Shown: positions 14,068-27,126, numbered from the stretch's first letter. The stretch: 64,000 nucleotides of DNA from Harriotta raleighana (GCA_050575255.1 JBNZDD010013732.1:21152244-21216243), one strand, 5' to 3'. Numbers and translations: made by a program. The notes: a model not told the origin generated them from the letters alone.

Positions 14068-14621
14068 CAGTAAAACCCCGTTTATCCAGCATTCACGGGA
14101 CCTGGTCAGTGGAGGTTAAATGGTTTTTCCAGTTGAACGGATTTTGAAAAAAAATTAAAAATTATTTTAACACATACTATATTAATAATAGACTAAATAA
14201 TAACAGAATATTCTATTAGTTCATTATTATTTACACTTAACTTCGCAATCGCAGCAATGATTCGACGGAAGTAAAACAAAACGCGACTTTAAAAAGCAAC
14301 GAGTTTAGACCTAACGTCCAGCACACACACCCAGACAGACACACAGAGAGAGAGAGACTGTGATTGGGGGAGAGAGAGTGTGAGAGAGAGAGAGTCTGTG
14401 ATTGGGGGAGAGAGAGACACGCCCCCTTTGGAGCCCATGCTCCAACTCATGCGAACGAGGTATAAAAAAAAGTGACTTTTAAAAGGACCCGGAACGAGTT
14501 TAGACCCGACATTAAACGCGTCACCGGATAACTTCCAGTTAATCGAATCTGGACTTTTTTTGAGATGGCGGTTGAATGGGTTTTCCGATTATTCGAGTCA
14601 TGGATAAACAAGGTTTTACTG
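14068..14621 (+). mobile_element. MITE family A, 554 bp, 21-bp TIRs, TA target duplication
   Basis: TA|CAGTAAAACCCCGTTTATCCA ... TGGATAAACAAGGTTTTACTG|TA; internal (AC)/(AG) repeats. Confidence 0.9.
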
Positions 14622-14999
14622 TAATAGGTTGAGTTACAGTGGGGCTGGCAGTCAAATTTCCATGTCATCAGGTCGCCATTGACATTACTGAGTCTATGAT
14701 AAATGCTAAATGCTGTGGCAAAGTGAAAAATCTAATTAATAATTGTTGAGTGCAGAAAGCTGGCTGCTCAATTGCGTTCCCAGTGAGGTTGCCTGCCAGG
14801 AGGCATTCTGCACCTGTGTGCCTTGCACAGAAAGCTGTCTTGTCAGAATCGGAAGCTGGAAATATTCTGCATATATGGTCTGAAGGTCCACAATGTGTTC
14901 CGCCTGATATACAGTATAATGTACGACAAGGTCCAACTGAACTGTGAAACATATAAGTGAACAAAGCATTACAAATAGGGTCTAAAATGCAAAAGTAAA

Positions 15000-15240
15000 A
15001 ATAATGATCCTTGCATTTGTGATAGTTGTCTCATCACTGAATCATACCATATCAAAGCACTTCACATCTTTCTGTAAAGCATTGTGACTGTATTTGTAGG
15101 TGAACAAGGCAGCCAATTTGCTCACAGAAATGTCTCATAAACAGGAACAAAGTGAAAAATTAATTGTTTGATCCAACGATTGTTGGTCAAGACATCAGAA
15201 CAAGGGAGAAACTCCAATTTCTTAAAAGTGAACTATTAAT
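15000..15240 (-). mobile_element. Decayed SINE 3' part
   Basis: atccttgcattt...aaagcacttcaca...ggcagccaatttgctcacag, shared with the other SINE copies. Confidence 0.6.
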
Positions 15241-15253
15241 TGTGCATCGGTTT

Positions 15254-15730
15254 ACAACCAAAATAAAATTACATTCATAGAGTGCCTTTCACGTTGGGAG
15301 GACGTACCAAGGCGCTGAACAGTCAGAGGTCGGCACCCAAACATAGGGGAGGGGCAGGGTAGTGGGAGGGGAGGGAGAGAGAGAGGTGGCACGATTGAAC
15401 AGGAGGGTTTTGAGACCAGCCTTGAAGGAGGCAAGGGAGGAAGCAAGGTGAACCAACTGTGGGATGAGTTCCAGAGTGTGAAGGCAGAGAGTCTAAAGCC
15501 CGGACACCAATGGTAGGGCGGTCGGCGGGAGACATGGAGCAGACCAGAGCCTGCTGAAGGGAAGGGGCAGGCAGGTTAATAGGGAATCAGTCAGTCCGAG
15601 AGATAAGAAGGGGCAAGGCCACGAATGGCCTTGAAAGTGAGGACGAGGATCTTTAATTCAATCCTCTGTGGGGGAGGGCAATAGGGAGACAATGGAGCTG
15701 AGCGAGTGTGGGAGTGATGTGGTCGCGGAG
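15254..15730 (-). mobile_element. L2-clade LINE 3' fragment
   Basis: Reverse complement of the L2 3' consensus seen at 34670-35230 (aaaattacatt...gcctttcacgttgggaggacg...). Confidence 0.85.
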
Positions 15731-16248
15731 CTTAGTTTAGCTTTTCATGTGAAGAACGGCACTTCCGACACTAGCACGCTGGTAATTTCTGACAAAATCT
15801 GACAATTTCAAAAACAGGAATCATGAAAGTTTCAGAAATACTGAATCCAACCTAGAACTTGATGTATATCGCACTAGCCCACAGACACTGCACTGTGACA
15901 GATCTTGAAGTATATCATATATTCTTGAATAATGTTTTCATAGTTCACTACAATATATAACGACGATATGGGCTATAATCCCAACTTTCCCCTTCATCCC
16001 TGTCCTTCACAGTGTTGTGTGCTTACTACGAAAAATAATACAACATTCAAGCAAACCCTGTGTGTTCTCATCTGCAATGCTTTGATCTTGTGTTTTTTGT
16101 TGTTTTGCTTATATTGGTGTTTAGAATGAGAAAAGTGTTTTCTTTTTTTGTCCAAGAAAATGATTTTCTCACTCTGCTTTGTTTTTTGTTGCCACCTGTT
16201 TGTTTCTACCAAAGTGTTTGATTTGAAATGTTCTCTTGTTCTTTGCAG

Positions 16249-16260
16249 AATTAGAAAGCG
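16249..16260 (+). CDS. KCNMA1: KCNMA1 alternative 12-nt microexon at site C1 (ES-R-IRKR-ILINP; SRKR homolog)
   Basis: Long pyrimidine tract ending ttgttctttgcAG|AATTAGAAAGCG|gtatgc; phase 2-2; located where the known SRKR insert maps. Confidence 0.85.
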
Positions 16261-18794
16261 GTATGCCACTCTTCATTCACTCACCTATAAACAAACCTCA
16301 ACCCTACCTTCCTTCAACTCTTCCTTCTGATTTCTAACCCAATTTCTATAAGGCTAATTCTTTGTTTTTCATCAAGTCAGGAGTATCATTTAAATTTTTC
16401 CCCATTTGAAAAAAAATCTACGTAAAAAAGCATTTCCTTTCTTTACTATCAAAGCAATAATTTGCTTTGTGGGAGAAATCTGCCAATACACATCACTGCC
16501 TTATGGTTTTATTCCTCGTCCTGGCACAGATTTTGATCATTCTTGCTTCATAGAATGTTTGTGCTTTACTCCTCTTTATTAATAATCCTCACCTCCATTA
16601 ATCGTTCAATGTAAATGCCCATTGCAGCTCATGTGCTGCCTTCATATTACTCGTCAGTGAAGATAACTGATGTAGTTTTCCATTATCTTCTTTTAAAGTA
16701 CACCTCAAGTTGCCCACAGTTTCACAAAATCAGGAATATTTGAAAATCTTGCTAACTAATGAGCCAGTATTTATTTTCTGTCTGATTTATACTGATAGTT
16801 TTTGAGAAACATGGAGAGTAACAGATCCCATTTCCATGCTTCATATAGATTTACCTCAAGTTTATTTAAAAATCATTGGCTATATTGTAGAATTTTACTT
16901 GACATTTCCTTGAAGTTTTTCATTGCATTAGCATGCTTTTCAATGATTTATTCTGTTCACGTCAAAGATCACCACTTGCCCTGTTTGCTGCTTGACACTG
17001 AGTGAAAAGCATCATACGTGAAACAACATTTTTTTTGTGTTCCTTTATACGGACACCTGTTTGATATTTACTTTCATTTTTTCAGACCAGGTTATCCCTT
17101 TCATTTCTCTCTTCATTGAATTGCTCTCACACTCTTTCCCCACACCCACGTTTTGCTACTTTGTACCTGTGCTTCCTTTCACCTCTTGTTTTGTGTCTGT
17201 CCCTCACCTCCTTGCTTTGTGTGCCTCCTGTGTTATGTGCAGTGGCTATATGTACAACAAAAGTAAGTTACTTCCTGTCAGTATGGTATTCAATAATACA
17301 ACTGCAGCAAAGTTACTGCAGTGCCTCCTACCTGTTCTATATTGGCTATGCTTCTACTTTTGGAGTCTTTCCTTATGTGAAGTAGTTTGTTGTGGATGCA
17401 TGCAATTGTAATTCACAGCCTGAAAGACTACCAGATAAACTTGCTTCTGGAATTTCCACTTAATTTTATAATTTAACCACAAATCCACTAAGGTATAAAT
17501 ATGGGACAGTAAAAACCAGTCTCTACAAATAATCAATTTCTCATAATAATAATAATAGCTTTAATGACTGTGGAGACCTGATCTCCCATTGGCTGTGTGG
17601 TAATCCCTGAACACTGGCAGATTCTAAGAAAAACTGAATTACGCTGACAGTTTTTATAAAATCACTTGATTTGAATGATGGACCACAAAGAGCTTCCATC
17701 CCCAATCCATGCAGAATCATCTGATCTTATCTGAGATGACAGTAAGGAGGAGGGACTGACCTATTAAGTAACATTTCTCTCTATCCAGGACACTTTGAGT
17801 TATTAAGCGTACCTTAAGCATACCTGTACCTTTGTTGAAGAAATTGTAACAGGTACACTTTACCTACATTAAACAGAATAGGACATGTTGAATAAACTAG
17901 ATAAACGAGAGCAGCACACTTAATTTTGCTTTCCTTCAATTAATTCATTAATTAGGACAAATGATCATAACTGCAAATTGCTGCATTTCCAAATGAAATT
18001 CTGAAACTTGCCTGAATGAATATATGCCACTGGATTGGTAATTGTGGATTTGCATTAACTTAATTTCAAATAAATCATCAATTTATGAAAGCAACACAAT
18101 AGTAAATTGCTGTTTGATCATTGCAGGAATGCAGTGGAATATACATTCTTTAGTTTCTTCAGTCGTTGCAATAATATTTTGTCTAAATATACAATCAATC
18201 ACCATTATATTTGGAAGCAACACTGAAGTAGAGGTACATGTAACCAATGAAAGGCCTCTATTCTCGACCAGTAAAAGTAATGACCTTAAAAGCCATGAAG
18301 AGCAAGAAGTTAAATTCTGGAAGCAATTTTACTCTTTCTTTTGAACATGCCATGTCATGTCCCAAGTGCGTTATTCTTTTCTGTCCTCTTTCCTTTCTTG
18401 AGTAGAAAACTGAATATCTTGTCCAATTATGAGTCTTGGGAGTGCCCAGAAGAATGAGCTGGATGTTTATTCTGAACAATTGGGGATATTGCACGATTTC
18501 AGTCTGTAGTCTGATTATTATTCCACACACAGGCATTGTGAATCTCATCAGTGTATCAGCTATCTCTTTCCTTTGGGCCAGGTTAACAAATATAGCTGTG
18601 CTGTGAACTAGTTATAGTCTAGATTTGTATTCCCTTTTAGATTTTGTGCCTTGTACTTTAAGCTATGTACCATTATATACATAGCTTAAACAGTATTAAT
18701 GAATTACGTTGCAAATAACTTTTCAATCACTGGGGAATTGCACAGGCTATGGTAACTGATTTTTAGCATGATGATTACTCCAGTTTTGAAAAGA

Positions 18795-19090
18795 AACATC
18801 ACGGAACAGATTTGATAGAAGTGTATAAAATGTTGAAGAAAGTAAACACCCCAAAATTGTTTTTTTCCTGTGACAAGTGAGCAGGCAGGATAGAAGAAAA
18901 CACATTCATAGTTGTGAAGGGCAATTTGAGAACAGACACTAGGAAATGTATTAATTTTCCTGTACATTCCTTGGGGATGGCTCAGAAACAACCTGCCTGA
19001 GAGCAAGAAATCACTAACTTTCTCAGTTGGGAAATGTATCATGTTATGGGGAGTGAGGACGCTCAATACATGGAGATAATGTGGGTCCTA
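18795..19090 (+). mobile_element. Decayed CR1-type LINE ORF2 3' fragment
   Basis: gatttgatagaagtgtataaaatg (DLIEVYKM) ... aagggcaatttgagaacagacactaggaaa, a CR1 C-terminal motif. Confidence 0.6.
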
Positions 19091-19415
19091 ATGAGGTGGA
19101 AAGTGTGTTTTGGAAGGATATAATGTCAAAGATACAGGAATAAGCAGCTTCAGAACTATAATCTTTACCTGAATTAGAAACAGTATTTAGTTTCGAGTTA
19201 CCAACATCCAGAAGAAGGATTTTACTTTTCTTCTGCTTTGTTAGCAGAAAGCTATAGAATTGGGGGAAGTGAGAATTTATTTTGGGAGATGCTGTCAAGC
19301 AGATGGTATTTTGCTATCCATATATCTACACATTAACATAGTCCAATAATCCACTTCATTTTAGGCATCAATTAAATCATTCAAAAATCATCTGTGAAGT
19401 GTATTCAGCCATTGA

Positions 19416-19661
<246 letters not shown>

Positions 19662-20214
19662 TAGGTGCTCCCTTTGATAACAAGAGAAATTCTCATCTAC
19701 TTTCACTTAATTGTTTCATATGCTAAATATGGTGAATAAAATCTGCCCTTTTGGTTATGGGTGAGGAGTAGAGCTTTCATGCACTGTTATCCAAACTTGT
19801 ATGAGAATGAATTCCAGTCATTCCTATTAATCCAGTGATTGAATAAGAAAAATCTTTAAACTATTTTCTGAAAAGGTCTTGCAGTGATAGCAACTCTTTA
19901 AACATTGTAGCCGTTCGATGAAAGATTATGAAGTGTGGGACCAAGTTTTGGACTCTCAGCTAGAAGGCTGAGATTCAATACCAATTTTGAGCACCAAAGC
20001 CGCATTTACTACTTGACATTAAATTGTCACTAAGAGAGGTTACAAGGACAGCTGGGGTGGGGAATGGAAACCAGTGCATTAGGCCATGTTACGAGTTTTG
20101 GTCAAACATTGTAGCTCTTGTAGACGATGATAAAGTGACAACCATTAACTGCTGAATGCATTTCAGGAAGCTAGTTTTGAAACATTATTGTCATTGTATT
20201 AAAACCTTGTGTTA

Positions 20215-20395
20215 AACCTTCCCTCGATGTGTCGCAGCTATCAAGCTACAGACCCATCTCCAACCTCAGGCTCCTCCCCTGACTCTTCCCCCTCTCCCTC
20301 CCCACCTGCTCGGATTCCGACCTAACTGTTCAGCGCTTTGGGACGTCCTCCCGACGTGAAAGGCGCTATACAAGTGTAATTTTGTTGTTGTTGTA
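20215..20395 (+). mobile_element. L2-type LINE 3' end
   Basis: cagcgctttgggacgtcctcccgacgtgaaaggcgctatacaagtgtaatttt(gtt)n. Confidence 0.85.
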
Positions 20396-20500
20396 TTGTA
20401 AGGTTCGATGTTAAAACTGGTTGGATTAGCTGCAGAAAATATTGAGATGGGGGATATTATACAGATCTTAAAAAGTTCTCTTGCTGAGAGATGTGGAAAT

Positions 20501-20801
<301 letters not shown>

Positions 20802-21714
20802 TAATTCTCTTATTTTCTTACCTGAAGTCAATTTGCTACTGTGCCTGAATGTATTAAAATTAGCAAGATTTTGCAGAAATTGCTGGGGTAACTTGTCTGT
20901 TGTGCAGTGGTTGCTTTTTACCAGTTTGTCGCTGAAGATGAGAGATAAAGTAGAGCAGTTAAAACTCCATTTAGCTACCCATTAGACCTTAGATATACAA
21001 AGTGTACTATACATGATCAGTATTCAAAAACAGCAGGCTTTTATTTTAAACAGTTTTGAAGTGTACAGGTGCATATTTTATTGCATCTCCACCATTAATT
21101 ATAGCCCTCATTTGGCAAAGGTTTGTTTCAACGGCTATAAAAAAATGTTATAGACATTAAACCTTTTGTTCTTGATATGAAAGGAGGTCAGTGCATTTGA
21201 AAAGTCAACTCTCACTAATTATTGAAAGGCAAGCCTTCATATGTTGGAAAAGCAACATCGTTTTTATCCTCTCCTTAAAATAATTGTCAAACTATAATAT
21301 TTTGAAATAAAATGGCTCTTTATTTTACAGTTGATCCTTAACCAATTCTTTAAATAGAAGCCTCTTTTTCTGATCTGGAGGTGTTTTCTTCTGCCACAAA
21401 ATATGCAGCTGATTGGGAGAGCAAAGCAGTAAACCAGATTACATAGTCTCTGCTAATGCCGCTCCAAAGTTAATCCTGGAAAATTCTCAAGAGTAGCCCT
21501 GGACTGAGACTTTCTCACCCAATGGCATAGTTGTCACCTGCCCTCTCAGTACACAGAGCCAAAATCACCCCCACCCAAAAAAAAGCAGTGGCCGCCTACT
21601 CTAACCTACTTAAGTAAATGGGAGTAACATTTCATTGGGTTCTTTTCAAAGATGCCTCGATTTGATGTAATGGCAAAGCAGACATTTTTAAATTAATATC
21701 ATCCCATCAGTGCT

Positions 21715-21850
21715 GTGTGCAATTGCCTGCCACATTTCCCCCACAAAATATGCAGTCACTACACTTTACAATATATCCTGTGAAGCATTTTTGAGACGTT
21801 TTGAAGACTTGATAAGGTGCTACATCAAATGCAAGAATTATTATTACTGT
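21715..21850 (+). mobile_element. SINE 3' tail fragment
   Basis: gctgtgtgcaattgcctgcc...gtgaagcattttgagacg...atcaaatgcaagaattattatt. Confidence 0.7.
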
Positions 21851-22892
21851 ATTACTTTGAATAATTAATCTGAGAAAATTAATGGATATTAGCACCAAAG
21901 TGAATAGACAACGAACATACATGCCCCCAAAAAATGTAAAATGTTTGTGGAGAAGAACATTTCAGAAACGAGAAGATCAAATTTGAGTCTATTAATGATG
22001 TGATGTGGAACAGATGTATAAATAAAATGACATGATTAGTGAGGCTGAAGAAGGAGCTTGTCAGAACTAAACTGCCTCTGTTTGAAAACTCTAGAGGTAA
22101 TGCAGCTGGAAAAACAAAGACAAACCCTTGCCAAATGTATTGTATTTTGCAGCCCATAATGGTGGATCATACAATATGCAATACATAAGTACCAGGAAGA
22201 TGTGGATGATTTTTTTTTAAATGCACACTTCGTAGGATCTGCTGTCACACTTGGAACCTAGTTCCAGTAGATTTATCATTACATTGGCATTAGTCATATC
22301 ACATTGTTAACATATACCTGACCTACTTAACCACTTGTCCAAATCTGTTAGGCCCATTATTAATAATTTAAACAAAAAAACTTGGTGCATCAGCAGAGGT
22401 CAAGAATAATTAAAGTGAGTAGGCTTTATCTTTTTAAAAAGACTGCTTGAAAGCTCGACAAAAATTCATCTTAAAAGTATCATTATTTTTTCATATTAAT
22501 CTAAATTATTCAAGGACGGTACAGAATTTACAAGTAAAGGTTCATATTAGGGGGGAAATAGCTATTTTGAATTTTAAACAAGACCTGCCATATGAAAGAA
22601 AATGACTCAACAGAAAAACAAAATATGTGTGTCTTATGTGTAATATGTAATTTCTTTCATGTATGTGATCTTGGTTCCTAAACATTCACAGCTTTTTGAC
22701 ATGTGCCACTGTCATGATTTCTGTGATAGGAGATAAAGAACAAAGATGTGTTTATTGTCCTGATATTCAGGCACTCAAAAGTCCATGTATGAAATGATTG
22801 CAAGTATCTTTTGATGATTGACATAATTTTGATTTATTTTTCTCCTTGCTGCCTATGGAACATGAAACTGTAATTTAACTGCACACTGATAG

Positions 22893-22901
22893 TGATCTAT
22901 T
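22893..22901 (+). CDS. KCNMA1: KCNMA1 alternative 9-nt microexon at site C2 (L-I-Y-F/S; IYF insert)
   Basis: ctgatAG|TGATCTATT|gtgagt; phase 1-1; gives KR-LIYF-EDE, the known IYF variant. Confidence 0.88.
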
Positions 22902-25900
22902 GTGAGTAAAAATGGGTTCCCTGTTGCCCACAGTGCGGTCCAACCTGTCTTCCTTGAGCAGAGATTTTTTTGTGTGTGTTGCATGTGTAGCAGTTACATC
23001 ATACGCACACATCATTTTGAACACTACCCACAGATCACCCTGAATCTATAGAGAATACAGCAGCCAGAATGGCAAGCTCCTCATATAATAAGTGATTCAA
23101 TTCAAAACTAGGGAATCGATGGGGAGTAAACAACAGATCATAGAGGGGGAAAGGGACTTACTCACTTAGAAATCAGTAGGCCTTTGGCTGGGCTTTTTGA
23201 TTGTTTATTAGCATTGATCAAGATAAAATCAACACAACATTCTTACTAAGTTTCAACCTTTTTTTTGGTGCATTACAGGGCAGGTGGGTGAGGTTCAGAC
23301 TTGCTGTAGTTTTGTTGAAAAGCTGTGAGAAACCCCATCAACTAATTGACACATCCTAAGAGGAATGGTGGTGGAATTCCGCCAACCCTTCTCTCCCCCC
23401 AATTAAGCCAAGTATGTTCCTCTCCTCTGGAGGCCTTGGTTGATTGTTACAAAATGTTTACATAGACACCTGATGGTCTTTTCCATTGAGGACCAGGTTT
23501 GCTATTTGTGCAGCAATAAACAGCCGATTACTCGATGAGTACCCCCCCCCCTAACTAGTTGTGCAGTTCAAAGGAGGATCAACATTTTTGCATCATTCAG
23601 ACAGTGATGCATGACAAGTAGCATTTCCTCTACTTTGAAGAAAGGCTGCCCACAAAGGTTCCAAAGAAGGCTGAGATCTACGGGAAGGAGTGTTCTGTGA
23701 ATTTTATTTTTGAATCATTACAAATATCATTTAAACCCCATTTGGGCAGACCTAGGGAAATATTGCCTCATTGGATTCCGTTCCTGTAATCAGGATCAAA
23801 TGGGCTAAATCAATGTGGACATTTACAAGTTAACTAAATAAGGCAATTTCTAGCTTCAGTTAAATGAAAACGCAACTGGCCAAATTCTCCAATTCTAGAG
23901 AAAGCAAATAGCCGTTAAATGCTTACCACTGATAGACTGAGTGGTGAATCATTTAGTTATTAATGAATTTTATGTTGCTGCTGTATTTTCAAAGAATTTA
24001 AAATAATCTGTGGAAGCCCCATTAATTAAGAAAGTTTACACAGGGTGTGTTGGGGGTGTGGTATCAATCAAACCAATTCCTATGTCCTGCTTCTACCCCA
24101 AGACTGTTTCCTCCATTTATTTATTTTTGTGTCTGTAATCACTAATACTTACAGAATTGAAATGAATTTGCCCTCATTTCAATTTGTGTTGGTAGTTGGG
24201 CCCTTTTTTTACTCACTACCCATGACTGTACCCTCACAGCTTTCACATTTTTCAGAGCTCATGCTCTCTAATGCAGATCCACTAGATGTCCTCAGAGACC
24301 AACCCATTTCTCCTCCTTGTCCTCTTCTGGTCTCCAACCATACACTGCAGGTTTCCCCGAATGACACAAAAACATTTCGAATATAACCATGTTTTTGCAA
24401 TGAATCCATATGGCAGTTTGTGCGTTGCGTTAGTGGAAGTATTCTTCCAATGTAGCACCACATGCATAACCATCAAGACTAACATCTCTCAACATGTCAT
24501 GTCATTGTGTGAAAGTGGCTACTACTGTTTGTGGTTTCTCTCTCCCCTGACCACCACCCGCCTCCCCCTTCCTCAAAACACAACGAATGCAGTGTATATT
24601 ACAGCATGGAATTTTTTTGAGATACGAGTGCAAATGTTAACATTTATGAATGCTTCAATCTAATAACTATTTTTGAACCTTTTTTTCATTTTTTTATTGC
24701 AAAGGTTGAAGCCTGTTTTCTCAGCATGCTGTGATTTCAGTAGTTGTGCATGGATTAAGAAACAGCACCTCCGGTCTTCCTTTTTATTAAAAAAAATTAC
24801 GAGCTCATTCATACACGCACATATTTATTATGTGCATCTTGTGAACGATTCCCCAATGAGCAGAGAGATTAATTGGTTCAAATATTTGGTTTCATTTCAG
24901 GAAACAAAATCAAAATGGTTTGTCTCCCTCAAGATTTTGTTCCTTTTAAAAAGTGCCGGATTCAATTAGTGTCACATTGAAACAATTGGTGTAGTTCTAA
25001 GGAAGACAAGAGGTTGAACCACCCAGCATCACGAGCATTTATCAGGCTTTTGATGCTCCTTTCCTAATTAAGATACCAGTGCTATAATGACTGACCTTGG
25101 CATTTGCATTGAACAGGCCTGACGCTGCATGATGTGATGTTTTTTTCTCACAGCTAATGGGTACTGTAAACAACCTTTTGCTGAAAGTTTAAACATTTTA
25201 CCACTCAAAACCCCAAAAATTGCAAAGAAAGGGGATTCTGCTACAAATCCCTCTCATTCATCACCCCCACCCCTCCCCTGCGCCTTTTTTCCTCAATCAT
25301 AGCGGTGACCCTTGCTTGGCCAATAATTTTGATATAAATGGCCTTAGGTCAGTGCTTGACTCAGTTGAGAGCTTGAAATATTATGTCTGCAGTGTGACAT
25401 AATGGCTTTTTCAACAAAAGTTGATACCTTTCCATTTAAAAAAAATAGTACTGGGGTTAATATGAAAGAATAAGGCTTTATGTTTATTGAACAAGTACAT
25501 CAATTAGCACAATTACCATTACCATTTCGACATCATGTGCTTGAAAGAATTAGATCTGTATTTTATGAACTAGTAAAATCTGACTTGTTCATTTCTCTTG
25601 CAATAATTACAATGAACATGTTAATTGTAATCAATTTTCTATGAGCATCCTGTGCACATCCCCCCAAAACGTATGACCAAACTACTCGGAAAAAATGTGT
25701 ATCGTGACTCAATTTCCTGTAATTGCCTGTTTTTTTTGCTAAATTGTTATAAAACGGGATGCGCGTGTGTTCTTGAACAGATCTACGATTGAAATTCATG
25801 CAAACTTCTTGTGGCCCACTGGAAAAGTTGCCTCGCTGGCAAACTCGATTGCAAGCTTGAAAATACTTTAAAATGTTTATCATCAATTTCAAAGTGATAT

Positions 25901-26093
25901 GCTGAAGTTTTTTTTTCCAACTTGTAAAAATGATTTCTTGTAACTGTGCTTCATTTGAATAATCTGGCTCTTCTTCCTTGTCAAGCCTGCTAACGTTACT
26001 AAGGCCTATGTTAGTTCCCTTGTTGATTCCTTCCAACTGCCAGACTAAATAACCTTGCCATTAACCTGCTCCTCTTCCTCTCCTTCCATCGAA

Positions 26094-26104
26094 AACATGA
26101 TTAT
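26094..26104 (+). promoter_or_regulatory. CaRRE1-like splicing element in the STREX 3' splice site
   Basis: AACATGATTAT between the pyrimidine tract and the AG; 10/11 match to the CaRRE1 consensus CACATNRTTAT as I recall it, at the expected position. Confidence 0.65.
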
Positions 26105-26106
26105 AG

Positions 26107-26280
26107 CCAAGATCTCCATCTACAAGAGAATGAAACTCGCATGTTGTTTTGATTGCGGAGGCTGTGAGCGTGACTGCACTTGCATGTCAGGCAGTGTACA
26201 TAGTAACATGGACACCCTTGAGAGAACCTTCCCACTTTCTTCTGTCTCTGTTAATGATTGCTCCACCAGTTTACGTGCCT
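26107..26280 (+). CDS. KCNMA1: KCNMA1 STREX alternative exon (174 nt, phase 1-1): PKISIYKRMKLACCFDCGGCERDCTCMSGSVHSNMDTLERTFPLSSVSVNDCSTSLRA
   Basis: Acceptor ttatAG, donor CCT|gtaagt; 174 nt; clear homology to the cysteine-rich STREX insert. Confidence 0.96.
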
Positions 26281-27126
26281 GTAAGTTTAATACCATGCTG
26301 TTCCATGTCAATTGTATGTGGAGTCGTCCCTTTTGTGTTGTTTTCTGTGGTCCAGTGAGCTGGTTTTTGTTTGGCTGCTGCTGCTGCAGTGTTCAATGGG
26401 CTTTTCCTAGTGTAAAATGTTGGCTATGTCTGCTTTGCTTGAGCATGGGTCTGTACATGTGCATGTGAGACCCACAGTGCAGTGTTGATGTTCTTGGTAC
26501 TGTGCAGTACTATTGAAATGCATTTTTATTCCATGTTTTTGAATGTTGTTGTGAATAAGCTTTGGAGAAGTGACTTTATTAAAGTTAAAGAAAGTGGCAG
26601 AAAATGGTGCGTGCACAACCCTGGGGAAAATATGTTGTTGAATTTAGCTACTTTCTTTCCAATTATTACTTTGTTGTCTTTGTTTATGCAAATGTTCTTT
26701 TGTCTTCTCTCTCTTTCTTACTTTTCTTTTTCTTTCACAAGTACAAAATCCCCATGGTTTCATTGGCCTGGAACAGTGGTAAATGAGATATACAGTAACT
26801 CATTTCCATTCAATCCCTGTTCTTGGCTGTTATTTTGTGTTGTGTGTGTGAACTCCCCAACTCTAGGCTATCAGTCCTCAATGCATTGCAATTTGCCTGG
26901 CCCCACAGCACTTTATACTTGCTACTAGTGGCTTAGTTCAATTGCATCCCACCTAGCTGATGCACCCACCATCACTACTGCACTAGCACAACTGTGGAAT
27001 TTAGCCGTCAGATTCCTGCCAAGGGAGAAAAGGCAAAACCACTTCAGATTTATCTCCCTGACAGGTACCCGGGACTCCAGATTTAATCTACTGGAGGAGG
27101 ACAATTTGAGTTGGTGTGTGTGTGTA

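Noticed and set aside
17086-17262. Possible 177-nt exon from the upstream ttcAG to the gtaagt donor
   Set aside because: In-frame TGA about 11 codons in.
25154-25165. Possible 12-nt exon (PNGY) after ttttttctcacAG, with an upstream TGCATG
   Set aside because: Donor ACT|gtaaac is weak and there is no other support.
26281-26468. STREX frame reads on into the intron as a Cys-rich hydrophobic tail
   Set aside because: Strong donor at 26281, and TG-rich intron naturally encodes Cys/Val/Leu; no evidence of retention.
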